The notes under the pieces were generated by a model. It worked only from the letters and a program-made list of their open reading frames with translations. It was not told the DNA's origin and did not search any database. From positions 3,792-35,791 of the forward strand of contig BAAFSQ010000092.1 in the NCBI GenBank assembly GCA_054661495.1: a stretch of 32,000 nt of DNA. Direction: 5' to 3'. This stretch comes from Zygophlyctis sp. KS116. Lineage: Eukaryota > Fungi > Chytridiomycota. Position numbers and translations under genes: made by a program. Below, piece by piece: positions 1 through 11,706 of this stretch (position 1 is its first letter; each line of letters starts with the position of its first letter).

Positions 1-509
1 CATGAAAAATTGCTTTTGGATGTCTTCAAACAAGAAAGTATCATTAAAAATAGAGAAAATCAACGTTTACTAGAAAAGGAACTTGAAAATCAACACAATA
101 AATCAAGAATAGAATATCGCCATAGTCTATTAAAGGATCGAGAACGTGAAAAATCCGCCAGAAATGCATTGGAGCAGGATAAGAAAAGATGGAGAGATAA
201 ACAGCTGGAATTATCAAAATACAAAGTGGAAGTAGAAGAGTATATTTTTGAATAATAATCAGTAGAGATCCAAGTAGAATTTACAGGGATACGATTGCAT
301 TTTCTTGTAGCAAAAACTCTGTATCTGTAGAAAAACAATTGTTTCCAGTTAATGGATTCACATTAGAAAAATTAATGCGAGATAAAAGAGTTGTATTATC
401 AATGGCATTACATGCACAGGGACTTGATCACTCTAGCTATGGCAGGGAGATTTTAGCATCACTCTGCGAAGGACACAGTAGAGATTTCAAGTCAAACATT
501 GTTTTTTAA
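1..509 (+). CDS. CCDC148-like coiled-coil protein, 3' part (5' end outside window)
   Basis: The coiled-coil ORF 10..255 joins across intron 240-265 (GT..TAG, 26 nt; alternative CAG at 262) to an exon reading DPSRIYRDT...LFPVNGFTLEKLMRDKRVVLSMALHAQGLDHSSYGREIL...RDFKSNIVF* (TAA 507-509). This resembles the CCDC148 C-terminus. Confidence 0.65.
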
Positions 510-650
510 GTAGCATTATAATACAATTTAATTTTATTGCGCTTTTTTCTCAACAATAAATAGCTGATCAGATCTCACCATGGTTTTGTTTGTCAGTTCC
601 GCGCCAAATGTTCATATTTCTTTCGTTATCCGGACATTTCCGAGAGTGCA

Positions 651-1247
651 ATGTTTCTCTCCTCTAGCATTAATAATCACGAATCCGGAGGTGACGTAGC
701 CTCTCTGCTCATTGAGACAATGCCAGTAGAACTCCCTCAGCCCTACCCAATTAGGCTCCATTTGTATACGGTAGGCATTAAAGATGTGCTTGTAAAGATG
801 GATGATAAACAAACCCCCGTTTTCTTTTTTGATTTTCCATTCTCATGTATTACCTCACGAATCTATATGCATGCAGGATCAAATAATAATGGGCCCATGA
901 TTGCTGAAATTAAATACAAATTCGGAACTTTCACCATCAAGTTAATTGGAGATAATGGATCAGAAATTGAATGTAAGCGAAGGCTTTTTGCTCGAAAATA
1001 CGAGTTTTCTGTTAATAATGTAATATATGCTTGGAAAGGTAGTAATTTCAAGGCTGGACGAGATATGACTTTATATAGGTATCCAGAAAAGGAAGAGATT
1101 GCCTCCTTTAAAGCTCCATTTATGTCCTTTACGAAGATGGGGAAAGTTATTATTCAGCCAGAAGGTCAAATGATACTGAATCTATTAATGGCCTCTCTTT
1201 ACAGTATCATCATCATAGAAAGAATGAATTCTAATAACGTGAAATAA
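651..1247 (+). CDS. Hypothetical protein, DUF6593/Tubby-C/LURP-like beta-rich fold; the true start may be ATG 720
   Basis: Uninterrupted 198-aa ORF containing KYEFSVNNVIYAWKG...EEIASF...GKVIIQPEGQMILNLLMASL, a pattern typical of this fungal family. Confidence 0.55.
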   Translation: MFLSSSINNHESGGDVASLLIETMPVELPQPYPIRLHLYTVGIKDVLVKMDDKQTPVFFFDFPFSCITSRIYMHAGSNNNGPMIAEIKYKFGTFTIKLIGDNGSEIECKRRLFARKYEFSVNNVIYAWKGSNFKAGRDMTLYRYPEKEEIASFKAPFMSFTKMGKVIIQPEGQMILNLLMASLYSIIIIERMNSNNVK

Positions 1248-1369
1248 TTAGTAACTTTTTAATCTGACATCAGTTAATTTTAAGAATTCTGTGTCCGAAA
1301 GTGCATTCCCCTTGACTTATAACAGCCCGTCTGGCCAAGGTCAGAGAGTCCGAAATTGTAAAGCGATCA

Positions 1370-2701
1370 ATGGATTTTGATGTTTTGGTTCTTGGTACCG
1401 GCCTTTTAGAATCAATACTGTCGGCCGAAATCTCTAAAAAAGGTTTAACAGTTGGACATTTAGATAACTTGCCATTCTATGGACGATCGCACTCGCTGTT
1501 GGATGATCGGCTAGTAACCAATCTCAAACAAGATGGGAAAAAACCAGCCAAGTGTAATTTAGAGACTGCTCCAAAGCTAGTATATGCAAATGGATCTTTA
1601 GTGAACCTTTTGATTGATTCCAAAGTTGGATCTTATCTAGAATTTAAAGAATGCAATGGAATATATGTTTTTCTAAATAACAGCTGGAAGACTCTTCCTG
1701 AAAGCAAGGAAGATGTTTTTGCGAATCAAACTCTAACTCTGATTGAAAAACGGAAATTGATGAAATTTATAACAACCACTAAAGACTTTACAGGAGAAAA
1801 TGAGAATAATTTCAATACTTTTGCAGAATATTTAGAGTCTTTTGATTTAGGAGATAATCTTGTTCAAATGATTTTATATGGCATTTTTTTATTTTCAGGC
1901 ACAAGAGATGATTTTTACTGTAATTTCCTTTAAATTAAAATAATTAGCACAAGAATATCAGTCTGGTATTAATAAAGCCAAACTTTACTTGAACTCTATT
2001 GGTAGATTTTGTAAAAGTGGATTTTTGGTAGGAATGCATGGAGTTGGTAGTGAATTATGTCAAGGTTTTTGTAGATCATCTGCAGTTCATGGTGGTACTT
2101 TTATTTTAGACTTGAAAATCAACAAAATTCTGAAAGACAAGTCTACAAATCAATTTCAAGTTCAAACTGCAGATAATCAAGTATTTACTTGTAAGAATTT
2201 GATCGCATCATCTGATTTTTCCTGTTATTATGAAAACTGTAGCTCTACTTTTTCAAGGTATTAATCTTAAATTTCTTAAATTAGAACTTCAATTTGCAGA
2301 TCTATTCATATTTTTTCATATCCTTTATTTCCCAACTCTAAAACTTCTCTCTTCATTCTACCTCCAAACACCACAAGTTCTAAATCTATTATTGGAATCC
2401 AAATGAGTTCAGAGACAGCATCTGTTCCAGAAGATAATTGTAATTTTTCTTTAATTTATTAGTAGGGGTAATTTATCTTTTTGGAGAAATCACGTCTCAA
2501 GAAATGGAAAAAACTATAGATTTCCTGTTTCCACTTAAAAATCATTTATATTCTTCAATTTACAATCAAATAGTATCAAAGGTTGAAAAATCAAATGATC
2601 CCAACATTGAATGGTGTCAATCTTGCGATGAAAAAATTGATGATGAAGTAATTATATCTATTGCGAATGCATACTTGTCAAAATTCAATAATAAAGAGTA
2701 A
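1370..2701 (+). CDS. MRS6: Rab escort protein (REP/Mrs6, GDI/CHM family)
   Basis: Motifs FDVLVLGTGLLESILSA, LPESKEDVF, LTLIEKRKLMKF and ELCQGFCRSSAVHGGTFIL. Introns 1920-1947 (28 nt), 2258-2284 (27 nt) and 2440-2465 (26 nt; alternative TAG at 2462) restore a single frame. Confidence 0.85.
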
Positions 2702-2784
2702 AGTCTAGATAAGAAAATACCTAACCTGTGGTGATGTGCATTGATCGACTCCCACCGTTCCAGTGTCTGTGGCGTTTGTTTCAG

Positions 2785-2834
2785 ATTCTAGAAGTTTCGG
2801 GTAGCACCCTGAGACGCCTAGAAGATTCGAGAAT
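2785..2834. promoter_or_regulatory. Two heat-shock elements (HSF sites) upstream of HSP90
   Basis: aTTCtaGAAgtTTCg (2785-2799) and aGAAgaTTCgaGAAt (2820-2834) are each three perfect alternating nGAAn units. Confidence 0.85.
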
Positions 2835-2849
2835 GTTTCAGGACAAACG

Positions 2850-2856
2850 TATAAAA
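2850..2856 (+). promoter_or_regulatory. TATA box of HSP90
   Basis: TATAAAA lies between the HSEs and ATG 2890. Confidence 0.65.
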
Positions 2857-2889
2857 CCGACGAGTCAAATTCTTTAAAAAAAAAGAAAA

Positions 2890-5028
2890 ATGTCTGAAGC
2901 GCCAGAAACGTTTGCTTTCCAAGCTGAAATCTCTCAGGTATGATTTACAATCACTTAAATACAGTTGATGTCCCTCATCATCAATACTTTCTACTCAAAC
3001 AAGGAAGTGTTTTTAAGGGAATTGATCTCTAATGCATCTGATGCTCTTGACAAGATCCGCTACGAATCTCTTACTGATCCATCAAAATTGGACTCTGAGA
3101 AATCCCTCTTTATCAAGATTACTCCTGATAGAGAAGCAAAGATTCTTGAAATCAGAGATACTGGTATCGGTATGACAAAGGCTGATTTGGTTAATAATCT
3201 TGGTACAATTGCAAAGTCTGGAACAAAGGCTTTTATGGAAGCTCTTTCATCTGGTGCTGATATCTCTATGATTGGTCAATTTGGTGTTGGTTTTTATGCT
3301 GCTTACTTGGTTGCTGATAAGGTCCAGGTTATTACAAAGCACAATGATGATGAACAATATATTTGGGAATCTGCTGCTGGTGGTTCTTTTACTATTACAA
3401 GAGATACTTCCAATGAATCTATTGGAAGAGGAACAATAATTCGTCTTTTTATGAAGGAAGATCAGACTGAATATCTTGAAGAGAAGAAGATTAAGGATAT
3501 TGTCAAGAAACACTCTGAATTCATTGGTTATCCAATTCAGTTACTTGTTGAAAAAGAAGTTGAAAAGGAAGTTGAAGATGATTCTATTGAAGAAGTTCAA
3601 GAAGAAACCAAGGAAGAAGGTGATGCACCAAAGATTGAAGAAGTTACTGAAGAAGAAGGTGAAAAGAAGAAGACCAAGAAAATTAAGGAAATTACAAAGG
3701 AAACTGAAGAGTTGAACAAGACTAAGCCTCTTTGGACCAGAAATCCTGAAGATATTACTGCAGAAGAATACTCTTCCTTTTATAAGGCTCTTTCTAATGA
3801 TTGGGAAGATCATCTTGCTGTCAAGCATTTCTCTGTAGAAGGTCAATTGGAATTCCGTGCTATCTTGTTTATTCCTAAGCGAGCTCCATTTGATATGTTT
3901 GAATCCAAGAAGAAGAAGAATAACATTAAACTCTATGTTAGAAGAGTCTTTATCATGGACGATTGTGAAGAATTGATTCCTGAATGGCTTGGATTTGTCA
4001 AGGGTATTGTTGATTCTGAAGATTTGCCTTTGAATATTTCTCGTGAAATGCTTCAACAAAATAAGATTCTAAAGGTTATTAGAAAAAACATTGTCAAGAA
4101 GTGTGTGGAACTTTTCACTGAAATCGCTGAAGATAAGGATAATTTCGCCAAATTCTATGAAGCTTTCTCAAAGAACCTCAAGTTGGGAGTACATGAAGAC
4201 TCTGCTAACCGTTCCAAATTGGCTGAATTCTTGAGATTCCACTCTACTAAATCTGGTGAAGAAATTACTTCTCTCAAGGACTATGTTACTCGTATGCCTG
4301 AAAAACAAAAGAATATCTACTATATCACTGGTGAATCCCGTGCCTCTGTAGAGAACTCTCCATTCTTGGAAGCTCTAAAGAAGAAAGGCTTTGAAGCTCT
4401 TTATATGGTTGATCCTATTGATGAATATTGTGTTCAACAGCTCAAAGAATATGATGGCAAGAAACTCATGTCATGTACCAAGGAAGGACTTGAATTAGAA
4501 GAAGATGAAGAGGAGAAGAAGGCTCTTGAAGAACAAAAAGCTTCCTTTGAAGAACTTTTGAAACAAGTCAAGGAAATTTTGGGAGACAAGGTTGAAAAAG
4601 TTGTTCTCTCTAACCGTATCATCAACTCTCCTTGTGTTTTAGTCACTGGTCAATTTGGATGGACTGCAAATATGGAAAGAATCATGAAGGCACAAGCTCT
4701 CCGTGACTCTTCAATGTCTTCTTACATGGCCTCCAAAAAGACTTTGGAAATCAATCCTGCCCACTCCATTGTAAAATCCTTGAAGGATAAGGTCACTGCT
4801 GATAAGAATGACAAGACTGTCAAGGACTTGACATTATTGTTATTTGAAACTGCTTTATTGTCTTCTGGTTTCTCATTGGACGATCCTTCATCCTTTGCCT
4901 CTCGAATTCACAGAATGATTAAATTGGGTCTATCTATTGATGAGGAAGAACCTATGCCCGTTGAAATGGAAGATCTCCCTCCTCTTGAAGAAGTCACTGC
5001 TGAATCAAAAATGGAAGAAGTAGATTAA
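2890..5028 (+). CDS. HSP90: Cytosolic heat shock protein 90
   Basis: Exon 1 [16 protein letters not shown] (2890-2937), a 27-nt intron 2938-2964, then [23 protein letters not shown]...IGQFGVGFY...MEEVD*. Confidence 0.99.
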
Positions 5029-5121
5029 GAAGTTTGTGGTGCAGTAATAGCTCTTAGATTTTTTGAATTTTTTTTAATTGTTTGAGAATTGTTTCAAAAT
5101 TTGTCCAAATTTACCCCTCAA

Positions 5122-5880
5122 ATGTTCAACTCAATCAAGGAATTCATCTTTCCTACAATTGAGTCTGAACAATCGACCGATGACCCAGAGATATCTTCAT
5201 TAACCGGATTCTTTAAAGATTTGCTGGGAATAGAAGAAGAAGTTGTTGAAAATGAGACAGCTCATAGGGATGAATCGTCATCAATCTCTAATCATGAATC
5301 TCAGTCTGTAAACCAAGCCATCTTCTCTAATGATTTTCTTCCATCTTTAACTCTAAAATCATCTAATATTCTATCATCTACTATGGCATCTGATCTTCGA
5401 TCTCATCTTCCTCCTTTACTAAAGGAAGCACCTGTCTGGGACTTGCTCTATTCTACTCAAGTCCATGGTATTTCTATAACTACACTGTATAATAATGTAA
5501 AGGATGCCGGTCCATTTCTGCTTGTCATTAAAGATGAAGAAGATGAAATATTTGGTGGATTTGTGAATGAAAGCCTGCATATATCAACTGGATTTTATGG
5601 AGATGATACAGCATTCCTCTTCAAGATTAACAAGAATCAAACTCAAAATGAGCCACTAGTTCAAGTTTGGAAAGCAACGGGTGAAAATAATTATATAATG
5701 TATGCCGATATTAATTGCATTGCTTTTGGTGGTGGATCTGGTAGATTTGGACTATGGATAGATCAAGAATTATGGAATGGACATTCAGAGCCATGTAAAG
5801 CATTTGGAAATTCTTCTCTATCAAAAGAATCAGAATTTAGAATTGAGAATTTAGAGGTTTTCAAGTTTAAAATGCAATAG
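5122..5880 (+). CDS. OXR1: TLDc-domain oxidation resistance protein (OXR1-like)
   Basis: WDLLYSTQVHGISITTLY, IFGGF, FYGDDTAFLF, FGGGSGRFGLWID and F.IENLEVF. First ATG in the ORF is at 5122. Confidence 0.9.
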   Translation: MFNSIKEFIFPTIESEQSTDDPEISSLTGFFKDLLGIEEEVVENETAHRDESSSISNHESQSVNQAIFSNDFLPSLTLKSSNILSSTMASDLRSHLPPLLKEAPVWDLLYSTQVHGISITTLYNNVKDAGPFLLVIKDEEDEIFGGFVNESLHISTGFYGDDTAFLFKINKNQTQNEPLVQVWKATGENNYIMYADINCIAFGGGSGRFGLWIDQELWNGHSEPCKAFGNSSLSKESEFRIENLEVFKFKMQ

Positions 5881-6113
5881 ATCATGTTTCTATTGGCTAT
5901 TATTAGTGGTGGGAGGTTGATTTCTTGTCTTTTTAAAAAACTCTAATATTTTCTTGGAGAAATCATAAAGGAAAATGTCGAAAATAAGATAATCAATTTA
6001 AAATTTATTAATATCTTTGTGAATTCTAAAACTAGGTGGAGAAACATTCTTGGACTGTTGAACCCTAGGCCACATTGCACTTATCATTTCACATTATACT
6101 AATATATCCTAGT

Positions 6114-7538
6114 ATGGATGAGATATTGACGATTTATCAGGGATTAAGCTATCGTGAGAGATTGCAAGTTTTGCAAGAGATCCTAAAAAATTCAAACTCT
6201 ACAGAATTGTCAATAATCAATCAAAAATCATTTTTGCTGTTGAGAATAGATTTCTTGTCGGAATTGCCGTTTGAACTTTCATTGCGAATTCTGTCTTTTT
6301 GCGATGCAAAGTCTCTTTGTCAGGCTTCGAAAGTCTCTAGAGTATGGATGAAAATGGCTAATGATGATTGGGTTTGGCATAGAATGTGTAATCAACATAT
6401 TAATCATAAATGCAAGGGATGCGGTATGTCGGTTTTATTAATTTTAAGGATGGGGATTGCCATTAATGCAACCATTTAAAAAATCTTTATTGAGGCCTTG
6501 GAAACAATTGTATGCTGAACGATGTGTGGTTGAGAAAAATTGGAGACGTGGAAAATATAATGTATTAGAGTTTAGAGGACATTCAGGTCCAATAACTTGT
6601 TTGCAATATGATGAACAAAGGAATTTACTTGTTTCAGGATCTGCTGATATGACCGTTAGAGTATGGGATACTAATAATCAGTCTTGTATTTCTATTCTTA
6701 AAGGACATCGTTTGGCAATTCGTGCTTTACAATTTGATCAGTAATTATATCTTATTTTAAAGTGAATAGCTCTAAAATTGTGACTGGATCTATTGATGGG
6801 ACAATAAGAATTTGGAATTTTCAGGATTTTTCATGTATAAAGATTCTTGAAGCGCATCCTGATGGTGTAGTTTGTTTATCTTTTAATAATAAAATACTTG
6901 CAAGTGGATCAGTTGATGGAACTATTAAAGTTTGGGATCTAACAGCTGGAATCATATTTAATCTTCCTGGACATTCAATATGGACAAATTGTATACAAAT
7001 TATAAATCAAAATACGTTAATATCATGCTCTGATGATGCAACAATTAAAATATGGGATTTATCTACAAGATCATTGATTAAAGAACTTAGAGGACATACT
7101 GCGTAAATCTTTTTTTATTAAATTTAAAAAGACCTGTACAGAAATTTAGACTATTGAAATGCTCTAGTTTACAAGAAGAAACTAAAAGTATTTGTGGGAA
7201 TCTTGTTTCTGCTTCATTAGATTCAACTGGTATGCTCTGTTTTAATAAAACTAGTTAAAATGTGGGATATTAGTAGCGAAACTTGCATTAATACTCTATA
7301 TGGTCATAGTGATGGTGTATGGGATATATCTTGTGATTCCCTAAGAATTGTGTCTGGATCCCATGATAAAAAGATTAATATGTAAATTTAATTATTAAAG
7401 ATTAGATGGGATTCAGAGACTGGATTACTAATGCATTCTTTCTCATTCCCAGATTCGGTCAATTGTGTGTCATTGTCCGATACCGGTCTTTTTACTGGAG
7501 ATGGCGTAGGCCTTGTCAGATTTTTGAATTTTTTATAA
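6114..7538 (+). CDS. F-box/WD40 protein, Met30/SconB-like
   Basis: F-box RIDFLSELPFELSLRILSF, the Met30-type motif CNQHINHKCKGCGWGLPL after splicing, and WD40 repeats. Introns 6424-6448 (25), 6741-6769 (29), 7103-7131 (29), 7230-7254 (25), 7382-7405 (24). Confidence 0.85.
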
Positions 7539-7552
7539 ATTGATTAGATCAA

Positions 7553-9904
7553 ATGAATACATTAGCAATTGAATTCATTCCGGATTCCATTAAATCTGTC
7601 TGGGATTATGGATGCGAAATCGTTAAAGTCCAAATGCCTAACAGAGGAGAATTTCTGAATTCAATTGAACCGTTATCAATGCCATTGACTGATCATGACT
7701 CTAGCGATGATTTAAATGCTTTGCCTTCATCGATCGATGATTATTCTAAATATTTGAAATTGATCTACTCTGAATTAGAAGCTCAAAAGTTGGTTTTCAA
7801 CAATTATACTTTATATAATGCTAGGCCTCTCAAGGTAGGAAAAAATGGATATTGGGAATTTATCTTGCCGGGATTAGCAGACGCTTCCCCAATGATTCGG
7901 GAAGGAGATTGGGTATTTTTAAACAGTCTTAAATAATAGGCGATTATTAGAGTTTACCACATGGTAGGAAATCTAACTATTGTACAGTCTGAATATCAGA
8001 CCAGAATTTTAGTCATTCTAAGAAAGGAAAATAGAATTATCATTCCAATGGAAACTAACAAATTCAAAAGTGGTGCATATTGTGCGTGCAAGTTTTTTCC
8101 TAGCGGTGTTCAATCACTATTGATGTCATCGAGCGTGGCTTATATTCATAGTCATCCGAAATTGTTTGGATCTATTCTCTTTCCAAAAAAGACTTTTAAA
8201 CAAATCATTTACTCAAATTTAGAAAAAAAGGAAACTAATGGGGAAAATCTAAATGAATATCAAAAATCGTTTATAGATAGAGTTTTACAGCGAACGCAAT
8301 TAGCTTTTGATGGGCTTAAAAAAGATTCAGATTTGGATTTGCCAATGTTGCTAATCGGACCATTTGGAACTGGTAAAACTGTTACGTTTGCGAACACTTT
8401 AAAACGAATCTGTGATCAATTTGAAAATAGTAAAATTCTAGCCATAGCGCCATCTCAGTCTGCTGCTGATACGATTGCTCTTAAATTACTATCGATCGGA
8501 ATGGATCCCAAGAAAGTATTTCGTTTTAATAATCCATTACGAGATTTCTACAGTTTACCATGGGATTTAACGGCTGTTTCATGTGTTGTGGACGACTCAT
8601 TTTCGATTCCTGATAATTTTCTAGAATTTTCAATTGTTGTTTGTACAACATACGAAGCAGACCTACTGGATTATTTTGGATTTAGCAATTCAAACATTGA
8701 AGAAAATCGTAAAACTGTTCTGGAAAATGTGGATAAACAGTTGAAGATAAATGGACTCCCCCCTTATAAATGTCAGAACTGGAGAGTTCATTGGACTCAT
8801 TTAGGAGGTTGATACATATTTTACTAATCATTACAGTGGATGAAGCCGCTCAGGCAACTGAAACCTCTCTAGCCTCTGCTTTGAAAATTGTTGTTTCTGA
8901 ACATTTTCATTCCCAGATAATACTTGCAGGAGATCCACAGCAATTAGGTCCTCAATTGACTAGTATAAATGCCGCAAACTCTGGACTTGCTCTGTCACTG
9001 TTGGAACGGCTTTCAATGAATAGCTACTACAAGAACGCCAACTCACCAATACTAACTTTAAGGCAAAACTATAGGTCGCATCCTGCTCTTTTAATGATGC
9101 CATCGGCTTTGTTTTACTTTAAAGATTTGATTCCGACCAGGGGAGAACGAAACGCGCACGATTTTAGTTATTTTACTAGAGTTCCATCATATTCCGTTAC
9201 CAGAATTACCTCATATCGATAGCAAATGGCCATTTTTATTCTATCCAGTACGGGGAAAAGAGCAGCATGGATATTTAGAAAACCATTTAACAGCAGGATG
9301 GTGGAATGGGGTAGAAGCTTTGGTGATTTTGTTACTTGTTGAAAAAATGATTGCAAATTCCGGTCCTTCAATCAAAAGTGAAATTGGTATCATGACTATA
9401 TCTAGAAGACAGGTGGCACACATTCGAAATGTCTTGAGAGATGCTAATTTATCCGAAATAAATGTTGGAACAGTAGAAGACTATCAAGGGATGGAAAGAA
9501 AGTATATATTTTTATCTACAGTCAGAGTTTCAGAATCTCATGTAGATCAAGATGTAGAACGAAACGTAGGTCTCGTTGAGCAACACAAAAGGCTAAATGT
9601 CGCATTATCTAGAGCACAGGATTTAATGATAATTGTCGGTTCACCAAAACACTTATTAAGAGATTCTAGATGGCGACAGATCCTATATTTCTGTGATAGA
9701 AATGGTCTCTGGATTAATCAAGCGGACAAGGAAGATGAAATTCATTCATACTCAAAAAGTGAAAATGTGACACTGAAACGAAATCTTTCTTCGGATTCGG
9801 TGATTGGATCTAAACCAATTTCTGATTCTGACAAAATTATAGTATCAGATTTGGAGAATGGTCTCCGGACTCTGAAAATATGTGCGTCAAGTGGCGAGGT
9901 TTGA
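7553..9904 (+). CDS. SF1 UPF1-like RNA helicase, MOV10/SDE3/Armitage type
   Basis: PGLADASPMIREGD, Walker A GPFGTGKT, APSQSAAD, VDEAAQ, LAGDPQQLGP, NYRSHP, GTVEDYQGME, RLNVALSRA. Introns 7913-7939 (27), 7964-7987 (24), 8808-8836 (29) and one ambiguous intron within 9154-9203. Confidence 0.88.
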
Positions 9905-9920
9905 TTAATCATCAAAAAAT

Positions 9921-10976
9921 ATGGAAATTCCAGAGATTGACGATTTTCACATTCATGTTAGACAAGGACCATTGATGGAGCTAGTAGTATCTCAGCTAAA
10001 AGGCGTCAGACTCGTTTATGTGATGCCCAATACAAAACCTCCAATTACTTTGACAGCTCAGGCCTTAGAATATCGTTCACGGCTACAAAAAATAAATCCA
10101 AAAGTGACTTACGTAATGACTCTATACTTGAGCCCAGAACTTACTCCTGAAGAAATCCGCAAGGCATCGGCTGCTGGAATTACAGGCGTTAAATCATACC
10201 CAAGAGGAGTTACTACAAATAGCGACCAAGGAATAGAGGATTATAGAACTTACTATCCGGTTTTTGAAGCTATGCAGGACTGCGGAATGATTCTAAATCT
10301 ACACGGTGAAATGCCTTCAACAGAAGGGTCGGATATATGTGTACTCAATGCTGAGGAACGATTTTTGGTTCATTTAAAGCAATTACATACTGATTTTCCA
10401 AAATTAAAAATTGTATTGGAACATGCTACTACGAAAGCTGCTGTAGACATGGTTAAATCTCTTGGAGATACTGTTGGCTGCACTATAACACTTCATCATC
10501 TATCATTAATAGTTGATGATTGGGCTGGACAATGTTTTAACTATTGTAAACCAGTTGCAAAATATCCAATTGATAGGGAAGCACTTCGTCAGGTCATTTT
10601 ACAAGGTATAATACTTTTCTTAAAAATCTTAGGACATCCCAGATTCTTTCTAGGAACGGACTCTGCTCCCCATTCTCGATCAGCCAAAGAATGCAGTAAC
10701 AGTGCAGCAGGAGTCTATACTGGATCTATGATGGTTTCTTACTTGGCGACAATATTGGAGTCTTTTGGAGCTCTGGATAAATTAGTTGATTTCGCCTGTA
10801 CTTTTGGACGAAAGTTTTATGGTTTCCCTATAGATAATACACCATCTATAAGACTGCTAAGAAAAGGGACTATTGTCCCATCAGAGTATGAATATACTGA
10901 TGAAAACAACAAGCCATGTACTTTAGTGCCCTTTATGGCAGGAAAAGAACTAAATTGGTCTTTAGAAAAGTATTGA
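9921..10976 (+). CDS. URA4: Monofunctional dihydroorotase
   Basis: DFHIHVR, VMPNTKPP, GVKSYPRGVTTNS, VLEHATT, YCKPVAK, FFLGTDSAPH. Contains an in-frame 27-nt intron at 10606-10632. Confidence 0.95.
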   Translation: MEIPEIDDFHIHVRQGPLMELVVSQLKGVRLVYVMPNTKPPITLTAQALEYRSRLQKINPKVTYVMTLYLSPELTPEEIRKASAAGITGVKSYPRGVTTNSDQGIEDYRTYYPVFEAMQDCGMILNLHGEMPSTEGSDICVLNAEERFLVHLKQLHTDFPKLKIVLEHATTKAAVDMVKSLGDTVGCTITLHHLSLIVDDWAGQCFNYCKPVAKYPIDREALRQVILQGIILFLKILGHPRFFLGTDSAPHSRSAKECSNSAAGVYTGSMMVSYLATILESFGALDKLVDFACTFGRKFYGFPIDNTPSIRLLRKGTIVPSEYEYTDENNKPCTLVPFMAGKELNWSLEKY

Positions 10977-11067
10977 AATCTTTACTAATAAATTCTATTA
11001 AAAGTCTTTCATCGGATCCCTTACTTATCGAGTCTTGGTTTAAATTCAAGAGTCTTGTGTAATAAAT

Positions 11068-11706
11068 TTATTCATCATATCGAATATAAGTATCCGCATC
11101 CAATTTCTTTGAGATGAATTTTCTTTCAGGATTTGATTTATAATAGTCTTGAATTAACTGATACTGCTTTAAAAAAAAGAATAACAATCCTTCATATTCT
11201 CCATCATAAGTTTTAGTCATATTCCTATAAAGCCAATAAATAGCTTCAATAGTTGCAAGATAAGATGAATCAAACCTTTGATATCTCCAAAACATTGTAG
11301 GAGTTTGATTTATCTGTACATGTCTTTTAAACCTATTGGATATTTTAGATGCCATTGATTTAGCTTGACTCCATGTACCATCAATCACTATAATCTGATC
11401 AAAACTATTAAATTCAATTTCTTGAATTTCTTTTGCATCGTTTGAAGGAAATAATAATAAAGTCCTTGAAGGATCACAGTCTTCTAATTGTAATGATTTA
11501 GATTCAATCAAGAGAGAGTCATTAGGACAAAGAATTGGAGCATGCAGTGCAGTTGACTTTGATCTCTTTTCCTTTGGATCTTTAAAGATTACAAGTTTCT
11601 TTGGTAATCGAATTCCTTTAGGTGCATCAGGATGAGTGGGCAAAAGACATAATGAACAATATAGCCAGCATGCTTTTCCACATGAAGCACAAGGATCCTT
11701 TTGCAT
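11068..11706 (-). CDS. DTW-domain tRNA-uridine aminocarboxypropyltransferase (DTWD1-like); 5' end uncertain
   Basis: N-terminal CxxC...CxxC, E.RSKSTALHA, IVIDGTWSQA, FWRYQ, YLATIEAIY. Confidence 0.88.
   Translation of the reverse strand: MQKDPCASCGKACWLYCSLCLLPTHPDAPKGIRLPKKLVIFKDPKEKRSKSTALHAPILCPNDSLLIESKSLQLEDCDPSRTLLLFPSNDAKEIQEIEFNSFDQIIVIDGTWSQAKSMASKISNRFKRHVQINQTPTMFWRYQRFDSSYLATIEAIYWLYRNMTKTYDGEYEGLLFFFLKQYQLIQDYYKSNPERKFISKKLDADTYIRYDE

Noticed and set aside
2730-2812. Possible C/D box snoRNA upstream of HSP90 (GTGATGT ... CTGA)
   Set aside because: The C box is imperfect, no terminal stem or rRNA guide was recognised, and the region is explained by HSE-containing promoter sequence.
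3247-4646. Antisense and alternate-frame ORFs over HSP90 (including 3541..4059 on the minus strand)
   Set aside because: These are shadow ORFs produced by biased codon usage in a highly expressed gene and have no recognisable motifs.
9921-10976. URA4 as a recent bacterial horizontal transfer (PyrC-like)
   Set aside because: Monofunctional PyrC-like dihydroorotase is the normal fungal enzyme, and this copy has a host-type tiny intron.
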